Shown here: positions 14,601 to 29,738 of the stretch, piece by piece | Layout of the letters: every line of letters begins with the position of its first letter | How positions within the stretch are numbered: the stretch's first letter is position 1 | Assembly: GCF_009914755.1 (NCBI RefSeq) | Contig: NC_060931.1 | DNA length: 64,000 nucleotides | Direction: 5' to 3' (one strand) | Source: the human T2T-CHM13v2.0 reference genome, Homo sapiens | Notes under the pieces: model-generated | The model's database searches: none | Seen by the model: only the letters and a program-made list of their open reading frames with translations | What the model was told of the DNA's origin: nothing | Made by a program: the position numbers and the translations under genes

Positions 14601-16620
14601 TTGGCCGGTTTGGGAAATCCCCGCAGTCCCAGGTCGGGAGGCCCGGAAGCCAGGCAGCCTCCTTCGTTCATCCTCCCCTGGTCCCGTCAGCAGTTTCTGC
14701 GCCCCCCTCATCCCCTCTTTCCTTTCCCAGATTTGTACCCGCTGGGCTCTGCAGTTATGGAGCCCGCCTGCCTGGCATCTCCAGGTGCTGCCTCTGTTTC
14801 TAGTCTCTGGGGTTGGCCTCTAATCTTTCATGTCCTTCTCCCCTTTGATTTTTCTTCCTTATAGTAATTCCACGCAATCTCTTTCCATCCAGCCATCCAG
14901 TCTCCACTTCTTTCTGGATTTTCCCTGTTTTGGCCGGTGGAACTTCTGCACTCCAGTTCTCTTGTGATTGCATCCAGGGCCTTTTGAATTTGGGAGGGAT
15001 TCTGCACCTTAGCCCCCTTTCCCTAACTCCATGGTCCTCCCCATCCCCGGGCCCTGGGGATGTGAGTCTCCAGCTTCCTGGAGGGCTCAGGCTCTGGATA
15101 GCCCAGGAAATCCAGCCACACTCTGCACAGCACCCTGATTGTGGCCTGGCTGCAGGTGGATTGAGGCAATGCTGTCCTCTCCGTGCCAAAGCCCAGGAGC
15201 TTTGGGGTGGCTGCAGGGCTCTCTGGACTCCTGCAGCCACATCCTCATGGCACCAGCGCTGAGGGCAGGCCCGCTGGGAGGCAGCTGCCAAGACACACAG
15301 GGCCTCGGGGGACCATGGCTGGCATGTGGAGCCAGCTACGCTGGGTGCCCACTGTGCAGCGTTTCTCAGCAGTGCTGTGCAGCGGGCACGGGGCCACCCC
15401 CAAGCTGCCACAGGCCCCATGACTGTGGGTGCAGCCTGGCTTCTTCCCGGCCTGGGCCACTCTGTGAAGCAGGGTGCAGGAGACACTTTGGTGACTGGGA
15501 TTCCAGCCCTCATGCCTGTCCGCCTGCACACCAAGCCCCGTGGAGCCCCGTGGAGCCCCGTGGAGACCCGGCTCACATGCATGAAGGCTGCAGGCTCTGA
15601 GAGATGAGGACCCTGCAGTTTCTGGGGACGCTGGAAAGATCACACAGCCAGCTCTGTCGAAGTAGACATCCTAAGGCAGGCGATCAGCTCGGATGTGAAC
15701 GTGCAGCCTGAACTATGTTGCTGTGTGCCTTTGAGCTGATTTTCTCTCTTTAGACCATTGCCTGCCTTTGTTGAGTCACTTCGTCTTCATTTTAAGTAAT
15801 GGACACCTCTTCTTAGGTCTAAATAATGCCTCAGGTGTGTGCCTCTGTACAGTTTCAAAGTGCTCTAGCACCGTTGTCAGGGGAGCCTGAAGCTACATTT
15901 GGGAGTTGGAAAGGGAGGCACAGTGTGGGCAGGTGGCCTCGTGCCCAGGGAGGAAGGGACCCTGCGTCTGCATGCTGCTCCTTGCACCCCAGCTACCTAG
16001 AGATCCTTCCACAAGACCATCATTGCTTCCATCTTGGAGCCTAGTTAAGAGGCAGGTGCCCCAGACAGTTAATGCATTAAACCCTTGCGCACATGGGCCT
16101 CACCTGGGGGCTGAGAAAAAGCCGACAGGCCGCGCTGAGGCCTCACTCCCGAGCACTCAAATCAGAATTTCTCCTTTGCTGACTTCCCTGATGGGGATCC
16201 CAAAACCCAGGAGCGAACGTGGGAGGGGGAGATGTGGGTGCAACTGCCAGCTCCAAGCCCCCTGCTGCTCCCCCAGCCCGCGGACACTCCCCAGCCTCCG
16301 GATGCTCCGTCTGCTTGGCCCCCCAGCCCCTGGACGCTCCCCAGTCCTGCTTGATGCCTGTGTGCCTTGGGTCCCGTCTGCCCGGCTGGGCCTGGCATGG
16401 AGCTGCACGCAGAACTTCAGACAGCAGCGGGTGTGCATGTGTGAGCTTTAGATTCTTTCTGGAGAGCGTGTGGAGGGGGTACGGTGAGGGGTGAATGTGA
16501 CTGGGACACATGCAGTGCCTGGAGGCTGGGGTGCCTCGGAGGATTGAGGATGAAGCTGTGTGTTGGGGCGTGCTGGGGTAGTACTGCCGCGAGCAGTTTT
16601 TCCCAGAACTGCCCAAAGCT

Positions 16621-16988
16621 GGCTCAGCCCACTCCCATTGAAGGAGGGTTCCCTGGCTCAGCCACTCCCATTGGAGGACGGCTCCCTGGCTCAGCCACTC
16701 CCACTGGAGGAGGGTTCCCTGGCTCAGCCACTCCCATTGAAGGAGGGTTCCCTGGCTCAGCCACTCCCATTGGAGGACGGCTCCCTGGCTCAGCCACTCC
16801 CACTGGAGGAGGGTTCCCTGGCTCAGCCACTCCCATTGGAGGAGGGTTCCCTGGCTCAGCCACTCCCATTGGAGGACGGCTCCCTGGCTCAGCCACTCCC
16901 ACTGGAGGAGGGTTCCCTGGTTCAGCCACTCCCATTGGAGGAGGGTTCCCTGGCTCAGCCACTCCCATTGGAGGAGGGTTCCCTGGCT
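16621..16988. repeat. 33-bp minisatellite, 11 copies (ggctcagccactcccattggaggagggttccct)
   Basis: Units read directly; nearly identical copies. Confidence 0.97.
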
Positions 16989-18739
16989 GGCTCCATAGCT
17001 GCTCTTCTTCCACGAGTGAAGCCACGGAGCCTGTTCTTACCCACTTCCTGCACAAAGGCTGTTTCCTTACAGGAGCAGAGTTAAGCTGAGATCCACCAGG
17101 CAGGGCTGGCAGCTGATGCCACAAGTTCCACTGAGAGAATCAGTCACTGAGGCCGCTCCTGTGCCCTGTGCCCTGTGCCCTGTGCCCCTCCCCGCTTCTG
17201 CTCTGCCCACTTCCATGCTCCCTTGGGCCACGGAACTGTCATGACTCGGCCTGAGAGCAGTGGGCTCCCATGTCGCCTGGGATCTCCACAGTCAGAGTGC
17301 TGGTCTCCAAGGCCCTTCAGGGTTGTATTTTCTAGAGACTTGAACATCCTTGTAGGGTCAGAGATTATCTGGAGATGTCCCCGTGCACTGGGCTGTGGTG
17401 AAGGAGGGTTGCGGTCTGTGTGGACTAAGGAGATCCTCAGGGCTCCACCCACAAGCTCCCGGGCAAGCCACGCAGCCCCTCGAGACGTCTGTTTCTTTAT
17501 CTGCAATGTGGGAGTATGAAGTCGACGATGCCAAAATCAACAGTGCCAACGCCAGAAGCCCTTTCAGCCCTGGGTTCTATGAGCCCCTGGTCTTAGCCTC
17601 AGGAGAACTCATGCAACAGTCCCTCTTCAGAGCGAAGAAAACTAAGAATCCACCCGCATCCCACCCCAGTTCTTGCCGTGTATACAAGGCAGAACCCAAG
17701 AGTGACCCCCTCCTTGCCCCTTCCTGTGGCATCCACTGGATCGTGGCCCCGCCCACACTGGAGGTCAGCCTGGTTCCAGCAGCCGTTCCTGCCCTGGGGC
17801 CTTGGCTCTGTCCTTCACTCGAGTGAGTGCCAGCCGGCGTGCTCCCTGGGGGGACCCACGTATCACCACAGGGACCTGCTGGGTCGGCTTCCCGGGGGGA
17901 CAGGGCAACGCTGCCCCAGGGGCTTGAGGGGCATGGAAGCCCCCCCAACCTCATCTCTCCAAGGAGTATTTCCCTTCTTCTCTTTCTTGAGAGGGGATCC
18001 AGCCCAATTCCCTCTTAATGTGCAAAATTAAGAGCCAGGGGGCATCAGTGGCCAGGGCTGTTTTGGTAGCAGATGCAGAGAGGCAGATTTAGGGGCTGAG
18101 GTCCGCGCACCGCAGGTGCAGGGAGAATGTGTGGGGCAGGGGCTGGGTTCATCCAGAGGTGGGAGAAGGGCACAGAAAGGGAAACTGAGGGCCAAACACA
18201 CATTTGGGCTTTGAAAAAAGCTGCTAGAACAGGAATAATTTGCCAGGTTTTGTGCTTGTAATTTTGACGTTATTCTCATGTTTAGGGATTTTTGACAGGC
18301 ACACCTGACTGTGTGGCTGGTGGCTTGTTTCTTTCTCTGGGGCTGTGGGGTGCATAGAGAAGGACCTGTGTTTCCTGTGGAGGAATTCCCGGTACAAGGA
18401 CAGAAGCAGCATTCCAGAGGGGGGCTGTGCAGGGCACCTCTGGGATCGCACACAGAACCCCAACGGGAGAGGAGTCCACAGACCGTGCAGGGCTCTGGGC
18501 TCCGGGGGCCTGGCCTGGCAGCAGCACAGCGCTGTGAGATGTGTGCTCAGACAAAGGGGTGATGATTCTACCCGGGCGGCTCGGGGGCTCCTCTCCCAGC
18601 CACACCACTGACTTGCAGTCAAGGAACACAGCAAAGAGATCCCAGCTTTCTCTGGCAGGCAGACCGGTGCGCTTTATGCATCGACCATCTCACCAGGCAG
18701 CTGCACTCAGCGAGAAGGGAAGTTGGAACTCGTAACTTT

Positions 18740-18925
18740 GGGTGATAGTAATAGTAATACTGATTCAGTGTTGGCCATGTCTTGGAATTGCTCTTGGATT
18801 AAATTTTAATGTGTTAATACAAGCAACCCTTTCAAGGAGGGACCATTGCACAGATGGGGAAACTGAAGCACAAGGAGGTTAAATATCTCCTCTGGGATCA
18901 CACGCCGGATTTGTGGCAGGGCCTT
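18740..18925. mobile_element. MIR remnant
   Basis: cattgcacagatggggaaactgaagcacaaggaggttaaat matches the MIR core. Confidence 0.65.
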
Positions 18926-20425
18926 AAATCAAATTCAGATGACCTGGCTGACAGCTTGCCCTCTGACTCTCTCTGTAGGCAGTGATGCTTCCAGAAGCTT
19001 CCATGTGGCGCTCAGCACTTTTCTGTTTGGGTGTATCATTGGGTAAGGGGAGGGAGGAGGGTAGAAAGAGGGCCCCCTCCACCAGGAATACAGAGGAGGG
19101 AGCCCCACTTGGACATATGGAAATAGGAGATGACCTGGAAGAGAGACACCACAGTACCCAGGGCCATGCATTTTGGGCCAGGCAGGAAGTAGTCCCGAGG
19201 TTCTGGGAAGAGGGAGCATCAGGGGTGCCTGAGAGTGGTGTTCCTGCCCTGCCCTGCCCCACGACTCCTTGCACAGTTTAAAGGCCCCGTCCCCTGGACA
19301 GCAGCACCCTGCACTGCCGAGTGGGGCTCAATTTGTGCAGGGCCTTTAGTGCCTATGCTCCCTTGTTGCAGAGCGGCCGACCTCCACCCTTTCCCCACTT
19401 TCCAGAGGAGGAGGCTGAGGCTCCCGCCGAGACCTTACCGTCCACTCACAGGGCCGCTGGGAGGGAACAGGCCCAGCCATGCCAGGTCAGGAGGAGCACT
19501 ACACACACGTGAGGGGCCATCTAGTTCCACAGATGCTCCTCTGCGGTCCACGGCTCCACTGGGTGCCTGTGGAAGACGTCCCAGGAGCGTGTCAGAGAAG
19601 GAGCTGACCATGGAGGAGTGTGCAGTGTCAGGGCGGAGCTGGCGCCTGCACACAGGACGCTCAGGTGACTTTGCCCAGGACCACTCAGTCGTGAGTGGTC
19701 AGTGTGGGGCCAGGGCTGACTGCAGGCTCCACGCGGCAAGCACCACACTCCAGCCCAGCAGGGCCACGTTTCCAGGCAAGCCGTGGTGTCACCAGGCGGT
19801 GGACACAAATTCAGGCCTCAGAGTTAGTCACGGTCAAGGTCATGGGCTTCTAGCTCTTTGGGTTCTTCAGGCAACTGTGGGAAGGAACGAGGCCCAGCGG
19901 GGAAGGACCTTTTATGCAGAACAGTCTTTCCCCGGCCGTCCTCAGCGAGAGGCTCTGTTTTGTAGCTTGGGGCCCTCCCACAGTAGGAGGCCTGCACAGG
20001 GCACTGCAGCTTCAGAAAGGATGGAGGCTGTGCCACGTAGCCGCCTCACCCTCAGGTCCTCTGCTCCCATCCCTCAGCAATCTCTGTGCACAGCACCATG
20101 CCCGCGATCAGCGCGTCTCAAGCCTTCATGTGTCACGTGAAGAACACGTGTTCTCATGGGAGAACAGAGGTGGTGGGCACACTAGCTACTGCTCACAGAG
20201 GCTGAGATGCCTGTTCTCTCCTCTGGGCAGATGGCTGCTTTTGCTCGTTTTGATTTTATTTTCCTGACAGATGATTGGTGCAAGCAGTGGCTGTGATACA
20301 AGAATCTAAGCAGACGATGTGATTCCAGGGCTCACTCCAGCCTCAGGTCTTCCATTTGCCTCTACCTCCCAGGAGGCCCTTTTTCTTTTCCTTCCTTTCT
20401 TCCTTCCTTCCTTTATCTTTCTTTC

Positions 20426-20719
<294 letters not shown>

Positions 20720-22189
20720 GTCAGGAAGCCCCTTTTTCATCATTTCAGATGGGAGGGACCACCACGAAGTCTGGCTGACTGTCTTTGCAGCCTTTAGCCT
20801 CTTGTGTGGGGAGGTTAGTACCAGCGTCCCTCCTGCCTTGGGCATCTCACTGCTCGGCGTGTGTGCTTTCTCTAGGTCTGCCGTGACAACCTGCTACAGA
20901 CGGGGGCTGAAAACAACAAAGTTCTTCTCTCACCATTTCAGGAGCTTAGAAGTACATCTTTTGTTATTGCTGTTGTTTGTTTGAAGGGTGAAGGCTGTGT
21001 GCCTGATCTCTTTTGTGTCTTCCAGGGTGGCTGAGAGGGTGCTCGACTCTTGAGTCTGAGGTATAGGAGGAAGACTTTATAATCAGGCAGGACTTGAAAG
21101 TTGGCAAAGCTCGTTTCCACCCATGATCTCACGGGACCCGCAGCATCCCTGTGTGGTCATCGAGGTGGTGGGGGCACCCCTATATTCACAGACCGGAAGA
21201 TGGAGGCTCAGAGGGTTACGTGGTCTCCCACGGGACACCCTGTTGGAGGGCGGGGAGCAGAGGTGTAACTGCAGCCCATGGTTCCGGGATCTTTATTCAT
21301 AAACTCTTCATGAATCCAGAGAGGGGAGAGCTCAGATGTGTTCCTCTCCCTGCATTTCTGTCCCTTGAACTCGGATCTCCCATTTCAAGCCTGCAGATCC
21401 CCATGTCTCTGAACCAATGACTCAGTCCAGACCATGCCTTGTGACTCTGTCTCGCTTCTGCCCCCTGGTCCAGTGGCAGCCTCTCCCCCTCCTCTGTGCC
21501 TTTCCCACCTTCTCGACCTGTGGCCCTGGGGCTTCTGGCTTATCATGTCATAGCTGTTTGGCTGATGTGACCTCTGGATCATTGCTTATATTCATATTTC
21601 ACTTTGGGGGTTGTTGTTTGACCTTTGACTTCAGGGTAGTTATTAGTATCCTCAATATATTTGCTAATTTCCAGAAGAAAGCCTTCAGAGTATCTGTCTT
21701 ACACATCTCTGTAGGTCACACAGCTCCCAGCTCAGAAGATGCTCAACAAATATTTGTCAGTTACCAGAAGTTTCTTACTAATTAGCCAGTTAAACTAGTG
21801 GCATGTTATGGAATGAGTTTCAGTGGTTGCTATTTAAAAAGTAAACCAACACACCAAAACAAGCAAACAACAACAACAACAAATAACAACAAAAAACTAT
21901 GGCAGCTGAAATATCAAATTCGGAATCCACGTAGCTTCTTTTCTTCCCAAGCAGAAGCTGCAAACTTGGTTTTCTGTTGTTCTGATGATAGCGTTGATCA
22001 GAGAGGGCCTGGAGGGAAGGTCGTTGTTTTCCTCCTATTTCAAGGTGTTGCACCTTTGGCCAACGGGCCCACAGCACTGCTTGGAGGAACCACAGGGCTT
22101 CAGGACGTGACCGTGCACTGGGGCTGGAATCAGTGTCATTTCTCTGGAGCCAGTGGGTTTGAACTGTCTCGGAACCCTCGTTGAAGTCC

Positions 22190-22970
22190 ACTATCTGCAT
22201 GACTTTGGACAAATCTCTTCACCTCTCTGAACATAGTTCCCTATCAGCAAAATGGGGACAAATGTTTACTTCGTGGGTGTCATAGGATCCCCTGAGGTTT
22301 GGCAGTGAGTGTGTGATGCACAGCTAGAGCCTGGAGCCGAGGGTGTGCTCTGCAAGTGGCTTCACACCTAGACCAACTGACATTGCTTACAAATTCTCTT
22401 TCTGGGACTTTTGTGCCACTTAAGTTGGCACAAATACACTTAAGGCCAAAGGCAATTCAACGTAAAATATTCAACTGTTTTCAAACAGATCAGGCCACAT
22501 AGCAGAGATCACTTCTTTCGTTTGACAAAAGAGGACATTCAATCGGACTGAGTTAATTTAAATAATGTTTCTTTCTGCTGGGGCTGTATTCCCCCTGCCC
22601 CTCCCGAGCAGCGAATGGGATGAGCGACCGTGAAGGCGTCACGTGGGAATCCTGATGGGACCTGTCCCATTAGTGTGTGCATGTCACTCACGGAGCGTCT
22701 ACACTCTTAAAAATAACCTCATGAATTCTTTTATTTAGGGTGGAAACTCTCCACGGCTTTCTGGCTCTTTACACGTGAGGATTCTCTGCAGCAGTGCAAG
22801 GCAGCCTGAGGGTGAGGCGCCACTAATAATGATGTGTTTTCAGGGGGCGCCTAGTCCTCGCCATGATGCTGTGGGGGAGAGACAGACCACGAATTATTAA
22901 CTCAATTTGACAGATGAGGAAATTTAGGTCTGAAGAGAGACTAAATGACTTTGCCTACAGTCACTGAGCC
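22190..22970. mobile_element. Two MIR remnants (~22190-22290 and ~22880-22970) flanking unique sequence
   Basis: tgactttggacaaatctcttcacctctctgaac...aaaatgggga and atttgacagatgaggaaatttagg...gactaaatgactttgcct. Confidence 0.55.
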
Positions 22971-25021
22971 ATGTCTCTCGCCCGTGCTCCACTGTTCTTT
23001 CCATTTCTCTGTCTTTCAACTCAGGAGCTGAGTGTGCTGCTGTGGGGTTACCTAGAACTCAACTCTCCTAAGCCTAATGCTCGAGCTGCCAGTGGTGTCT
23101 CAGGGCCCGGGCCTCGAAGTGCCCTCTCAACATGTTTCTTTGTCCTAGTGAAGACGGTTCCTGTGGTTTCTGCACGGACTTGTTGTTGGTGGGGTCTGGG
23201 CTGTTTTTAGAGCAGTTTATCCACAGAGAGGGGAGACCCCTAAGTGTCATCTTCCCTGGACAGTGCTCAATGTCATTTGTTTCCCCAGATGGGGAGTTAG
23301 AGGGGCCTGAAGGAGGTCGGGCTGGGGTGGGGGGCAGCGGGCGGGATGTCAAGAGAAACCTAAAGGCATGAGATCAAGTCAAACTCAACACTTCTCCTCT
23401 TGGCCTTTTCAGCGTGAGGATGGCTCACACCAAAGTACACAAGCCAACAGACTGAATCGCAGCTCTCTGTTTGAGCAGTGCCCACACAAAGCCTGCCCTC
23501 TGGAGTCCTCCTCCAGGCTCTACCCCGCCATGGTAACCGCTGAATTCGCCGGGCCATGGTAGCAGGCCAAGTATGTGCACAATTGTCCTGGAGTCTCTTC
23601 CAGTGGCAGACGGTGTTTGAATGTTGTGTACATGTTTTCTTTCTTATCCTGACATATTTATACCCTAGTTTTGTTTTATTTTGTTTTGTTTTGCTCGGTG
23701 GAGAAGCCATGGGGTTAGGAGGTGACGGAGTGGCTGGGAGAGCCTTTGTATCAGATTGGTTAAGAAGGCCGATCTACGGTTCCCAACATTCTACCACCAA
23801 GGGCTAGGAGAGTCATCTCCCTCCCGGAAACACACGTCAATGGGCTTGGACGCAATTTCAAGGCTGCATGCCAACGTGATCACGTGGCATTTTGATTCAG
23901 CTATTAAGGAAGAAGTAAGTATAAAGACTTCAGATACCTTAGGCAACAGTTCCATAAAGGAGGCAGTAAAACACGTAATTAGGCAAATCAAATAAGGCAC
24001 GGCAACAGCTTTCAAATATTTAGTCACATATCATTTCCCATTAATTTACTGTGGGCTTAAATGAGGTCTGCATTTTTATAATCCCCTGTAAAGCTCAGAG
24101 GCATGGCAGAAGCGTGTGCTTTTAAACACGACTTCCTCACGCCGCAAGGTGTTATGACAATGATGGGATCATTTCATCTGGTGGAAGGGGAAGAACAAGG
24201 ATGGGATCTTTCAAGGACAGCCCTGGAAAATCCAGGGGTTGCATCAACGTTCTCTTAACTTCAGGTTTGCAGAGCTGCATCCAGAGGAATCCTTGAAGCA
24301 TTATGGTCTTTTGGTAGCTTAGTCCCTTTCAGTTATGACAGTTTTTCCCAAACCTGCTGTGACGTGACAACTAATCCATCAGTCACCTTTCTTTGTAGAA
24401 ATAATCAATTCTAATCAGTAATTGCTTTTGGGCAATAGTTCAATCCTGCTGTCATCTCTTGGCTTCCAGCATCATCACATCATCTGAGCAGCTCTAAGGG
24501 CAAGAATACATTTCACTGTGACGATATCCAAGCCCAGACAGTATTTTTTCCTGGGCTTAACCATTAGGTTAATACACAGTGCATGTTTCCACACTTTATT
24601 CTCAATCCCCCTGGTACAGGAAGGAAGTGTGCTGGGAGTCTGTGTCTTCAGAATGTCAGACATCTGAGTCCCTGAAATGAGTCGTCTTTCTGAGTTTCCA
24701 GAGACACGTTTGGTGGCAGGTAGACACACCCTGGGATGATTGAAGTGATTTTTGGGGGAATATTCTGTAAGGTCTTGCACTCAGCACAAGAGGAAAGATT
24801 GATTGAGAAGAAAAGGCATTAGGTCAGAGGTGAACCAAGAATCTTATGCAGAGTTTTCAAACCTAAACCCGTATCTACATGGCTAAGCAGCACACTGGAA
24901 GGGAAAAAGCCAGCACAAATAGGCGTGGACGCGAGGGGCAGTCTTTGCAAGGACGTGGTCCCTCCCTTTCCTTCCCTGCCTTCACTTGGCTTCCACTCTC
25001 TCTTAGAACTGGGCTGCTCTG

Positions 25022-25355
<334 letters not shown>

Positions 25356-27614
25356 TCATCTCAGTGTGTTATCCGGATAGGTCTGGGCTGCTGTATTCCT
25401 GAACTACGGAGTTTTCTGTGGTCTCATTTGGTTTTACGATTTCTCAAATTGGAGGTCGAAATATCTTGTATGTCTTATGTACTCAATAATACAGTCCTTA
25501 AGAAGTTTAATTAAAATGAGGGATATCTGTTCTTGACTGTTGTCTTAGGTTTGGAATCTCTGTAAGGAATAATGGAAAATTAATGCCATCAGGGCTTTGG
25601 AGAGCTGCTTTAAATCAGGTATGACTACCACAGGCTCCTTAGGGATGCCTCACATTGTGGCAGTTTTCCTGACTTTTTCCTTTTTTCTCTCTTTTAAGAT
25701 AGGGAAAGAAAAAAATTTCTTCTTCTTTTTTTTTTTTAAATAGGAAAAACCAAGGCATTTGCTCTGAGTACAAAGGTTTTTAAGATATTTGTTATGAAGG
25801 AATAAAAGTCCTATTAAAATATTTATAAATTGAAACAACCTCAGAAGCCACACACACAATTAGGCCTTTCAGCCTCTATTCCAAAAACCAGATAAATCAT
25901 CATTCAGAGAGCAAAGAGGAAAATCAAAACAAATACAAAGTGCTCAGAAGCCGACCATGAAACAGGGAACAGAATGTGGTCTAGAAAATGCTCCTTGTCT
26001 CTGAGCAGGGCAGAGTCCGCAGACATCCCAGGAAATCTTTGAGTTTCTGACTCATCAAAAAAAAAAAAAAAAAAAACCCAACCAAACAAAAAAACCCCCC
26101 AAAAACAACCAGAAAAGGAAAAGGAAAAGGAAAAGTGTGTATGGTATCATCTCAGGAGGCCGTCATCGAAACTTAGAAGTAAAATGCAAGCCAGGAATCG
26201 GATCCAACCCTCTAATGTTCTGGACGAGGAAACCGAAGCTTCTCTAATGCAGGTGCCTCGCTCATGTCAAGGGTTGAGGAGGTTGCGTGGGCAGAACTAG
26301 AAAACAGACCCTGACCCTCAATCACAGTGTGAGGTCTCCGTCCACTTGGGCTTCTCTGGTGGGTTCAAAGTCCCGCCCATGAACCAGCCCTAAAATTCAA
26401 GGGACCGTGCACCCCGGTATTTTCCAGAGGCCGGAGACATCCGGAAGAAGCGTGTTCTCTGGTTCATGTACCATCATTTATTCCTACTTCCATTTATTTC
26501 ACAAGCATTTAGTCAGCTCCTATTGTCTAAGACCATTCCCAGACTGTCTTTTGGTCCAAATGTAACACCCAGTCCTGTGGTTTAAGTAACTCAAGGCAGC
26601 GAGTCCTGTCATGAACCACACCAAAGGGGCTCTGAGTCCCTGGAGAGGAAAGCACGGAGTTTTCACACTTGCTTCTGTGCCTCAGGGGTCGTGTGCATTT
26701 CTTGGCTGGGGTGCCGTGCACCGGGCAGTGGGCACAAACCTGGAGACCACGCCCATCTGTGGCACTGTTGGGATCTCCAGTTCCTCCTGGCAGAGGACTT
26801 TCTGTTTTGGCTTCTGTTTGTTTCTGACACAGAGTCCTGGGCAGAGCCATGTTTCTTTTTTGCTTTTTGGAGTGAAAGGTTAGCATTTTCCCATCCCCTT
26901 GTCAGTCCCTTCCCTGTGATAGAAGCCCTTCCATGTTCAGGGTGAGAGTGAGGTCCCTGCCTCAAATGAGCAGAGGCCAAGTCAACCCCTTGGGTTGTTG
27001 CAATGACAGTTCACAAGCTTAAGGATCTGGCTTAAGTTTTTTTTTTTTTTTTTGTGTAGTCACCAGAGGATATCTCTTTATTTCCTTTCCAGGTACGTAT
27101 TAATTGACATGTTACCCATCATCTCTTGTTTGTGCAGGAGGGATGTGGTCCCGGCTTAGCTCAGTCTGCCATATTGTTGCACCTGGGTCTCTGTTGATTT
27201 CATTTTCAAGCAGCTCTCTATTTAGTGGCAGAGACGGCTCTTGGCAGAACCTGGCTCTGGGGTCTTTAGCATCCCTAGTAATTTCCCTAAGAGGCTTGGA
27301 TTTGGCCTTCTTGGTTCACGTGCTTCCTCTGGGCCGGTTACTGCGTGCACAGTTTGGGGTTCTCGCTCTTCTGGCTGGGCCAGAGTGCTTCTCCAGGAGG
27401 AGACTTCCAGTGGAAAGCCCTGCCAGGTGGGCACAAAGTCCACAGAGAGACTTTGTAACCAGAAGAAGGAGGTGACAATGTGGACAGGCTGCCACACTTT
27501 GCTTCATTTATTCAACATTGTGGTTATTTTGACTTATCAAGACTGCGTAACCACTGTGGAGAACAGTATAGGGTTTCTTGAAAATCCAAAAATTGATCTA
27601 CCATATGATCCAGT

Positions 27615-28322
<708 letters not shown>

Positions 28323-29738
28323 CCAGTCATTCCACTCCTGGGCATGTACCCAAAGGAAATGCCATCAATGCCCTCAAGAGCTGTCCACACCCATGTCCAC
28401 TGCAACACTGTCCACAATAGCCAAGGTTTGGAATCACCCTAAGTGTCCACTGGTGGATGAATGGATAAAGAAAATGCAGTGTATGTGCACAATGGAGTAC
28501 TATTCAGCCATAAAAAGCAGTGAAATCCTCTCATTTGCAGCAACGTGGATGGAACTGGTGAACATTATACTAAGTGAAATAAATAAGTCAGACACAGAAA
28601 GTCAAATATACATGATTTCACCTCTATGTGAAATCTAAGAAAACATGGAACTCATAGTATCAGAGAGTAGAATGGTGGTTACTGGGGGCTGGGGCCTGTA
28701 GAATGGTGGTTACTGGGGGCTGGGGGCTGGGGGAATGGGGCGCTGTTACTCAGAAGGTACAAAGTTTCAGTTATCATTGGAGGGTCAACGGGGAGCAGGG
28801 TGACTATAGTCGGTAATAAAGTATATCTGAAATTTGCAAAGACGGTAGATCTCAAGTGTTCTTAAGACAGGAAAATGGAAAGCGTGTGAGCTATTGGATG
28901 TGTTAGTCAGCTTGATTGTCATGGCCATTTCGCAGTGTGTACTTATACAAAAGACCATGTTGCACGCACTAAATACCTACGATTTTTATATTTCAGTCTT
29001 TCCTCCATAAAGCTGGAACACAGAGTGCCCACATGAAGCCTTCAGCACAGAGCCTTGCCTTGCACCCCAAGTCACTCCCGCACCTGGAGCACATGCCAGG
29101 CCAGGTGCCAGCAGGTGCACACCCCAGGGCTGCCCAAAGGCCGTCCCCTCCTTCCAGTGAGAAGGGGCCCACTCTCTCTTTCTCTCTGGTGGGCCTCCCC
29201 TTCTGACGCCAGTAACTGACTCGTCTCCTGGGCTAGTGCTGGAGGTGGCCTCCTTCCCAGAAGAGCTGAGAGATGCAAGGGAAGCCGGGTCCACGGGGCC
29301 CTACCCCGTCCAATGATGACCTAAGCTGTGCAGTCAGGCAGACAGATGCCTTAATGGGGCCCCAGCGCAGTCAGCAGCCGCACCTGGCACGTCCTCTGGG
29401 GATGTGGCACTTGGAAAGGAGTGACTCGTAGGAGGATGGGTAAAACACCACCCACTGTGCGTGCCAGGGGAGGAGTCCAAGGCCCTGGATCAGTGAGGCT
29501 CTCACCCAGTCCAGCCCTGCACATCCTCCTTGGGAGGGGTGGGCAAGGGGGACGTGACCTCTGGCATCAACGTATCCACGTGCCTTACAGCAACAGCTCC
29601 ATCACCACACCCTGCTGGCTGCCCTGTGCTGCCATTTCTGGGCCTCACTGATGCTAAGTTGGAGGATAGTCAGGGAGAGGCCACGTTTGCCAAGTGAAAT
29701 TGGGAATTACATGAGCGGGACCAAAATCTGGAATTCTC

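Noticed and set aside
16484-17124. Three 166-201 aa repeat-protein ORFs; possible CRISPR-like array
   Set aside because: The 33-bp unit is a multiple of 3 without stops in these frames; units are head-to-tail with no unique spacers and no cas genes; eukaryotic context
19235-20140. 301-aa ORF
   Set aside because: Non-ATG start, Ser/Arg/Pro/Ala-rich composition typical of GC-rich non-coding DNA, no domain or splice support
21746-21757. Palindrome acaaatatttgt as a forkhead dimer site
   Set aside because: Context (gatgctcaacaaatatttg) resembles the common L2 3' tail, so it is more likely repeat-derived
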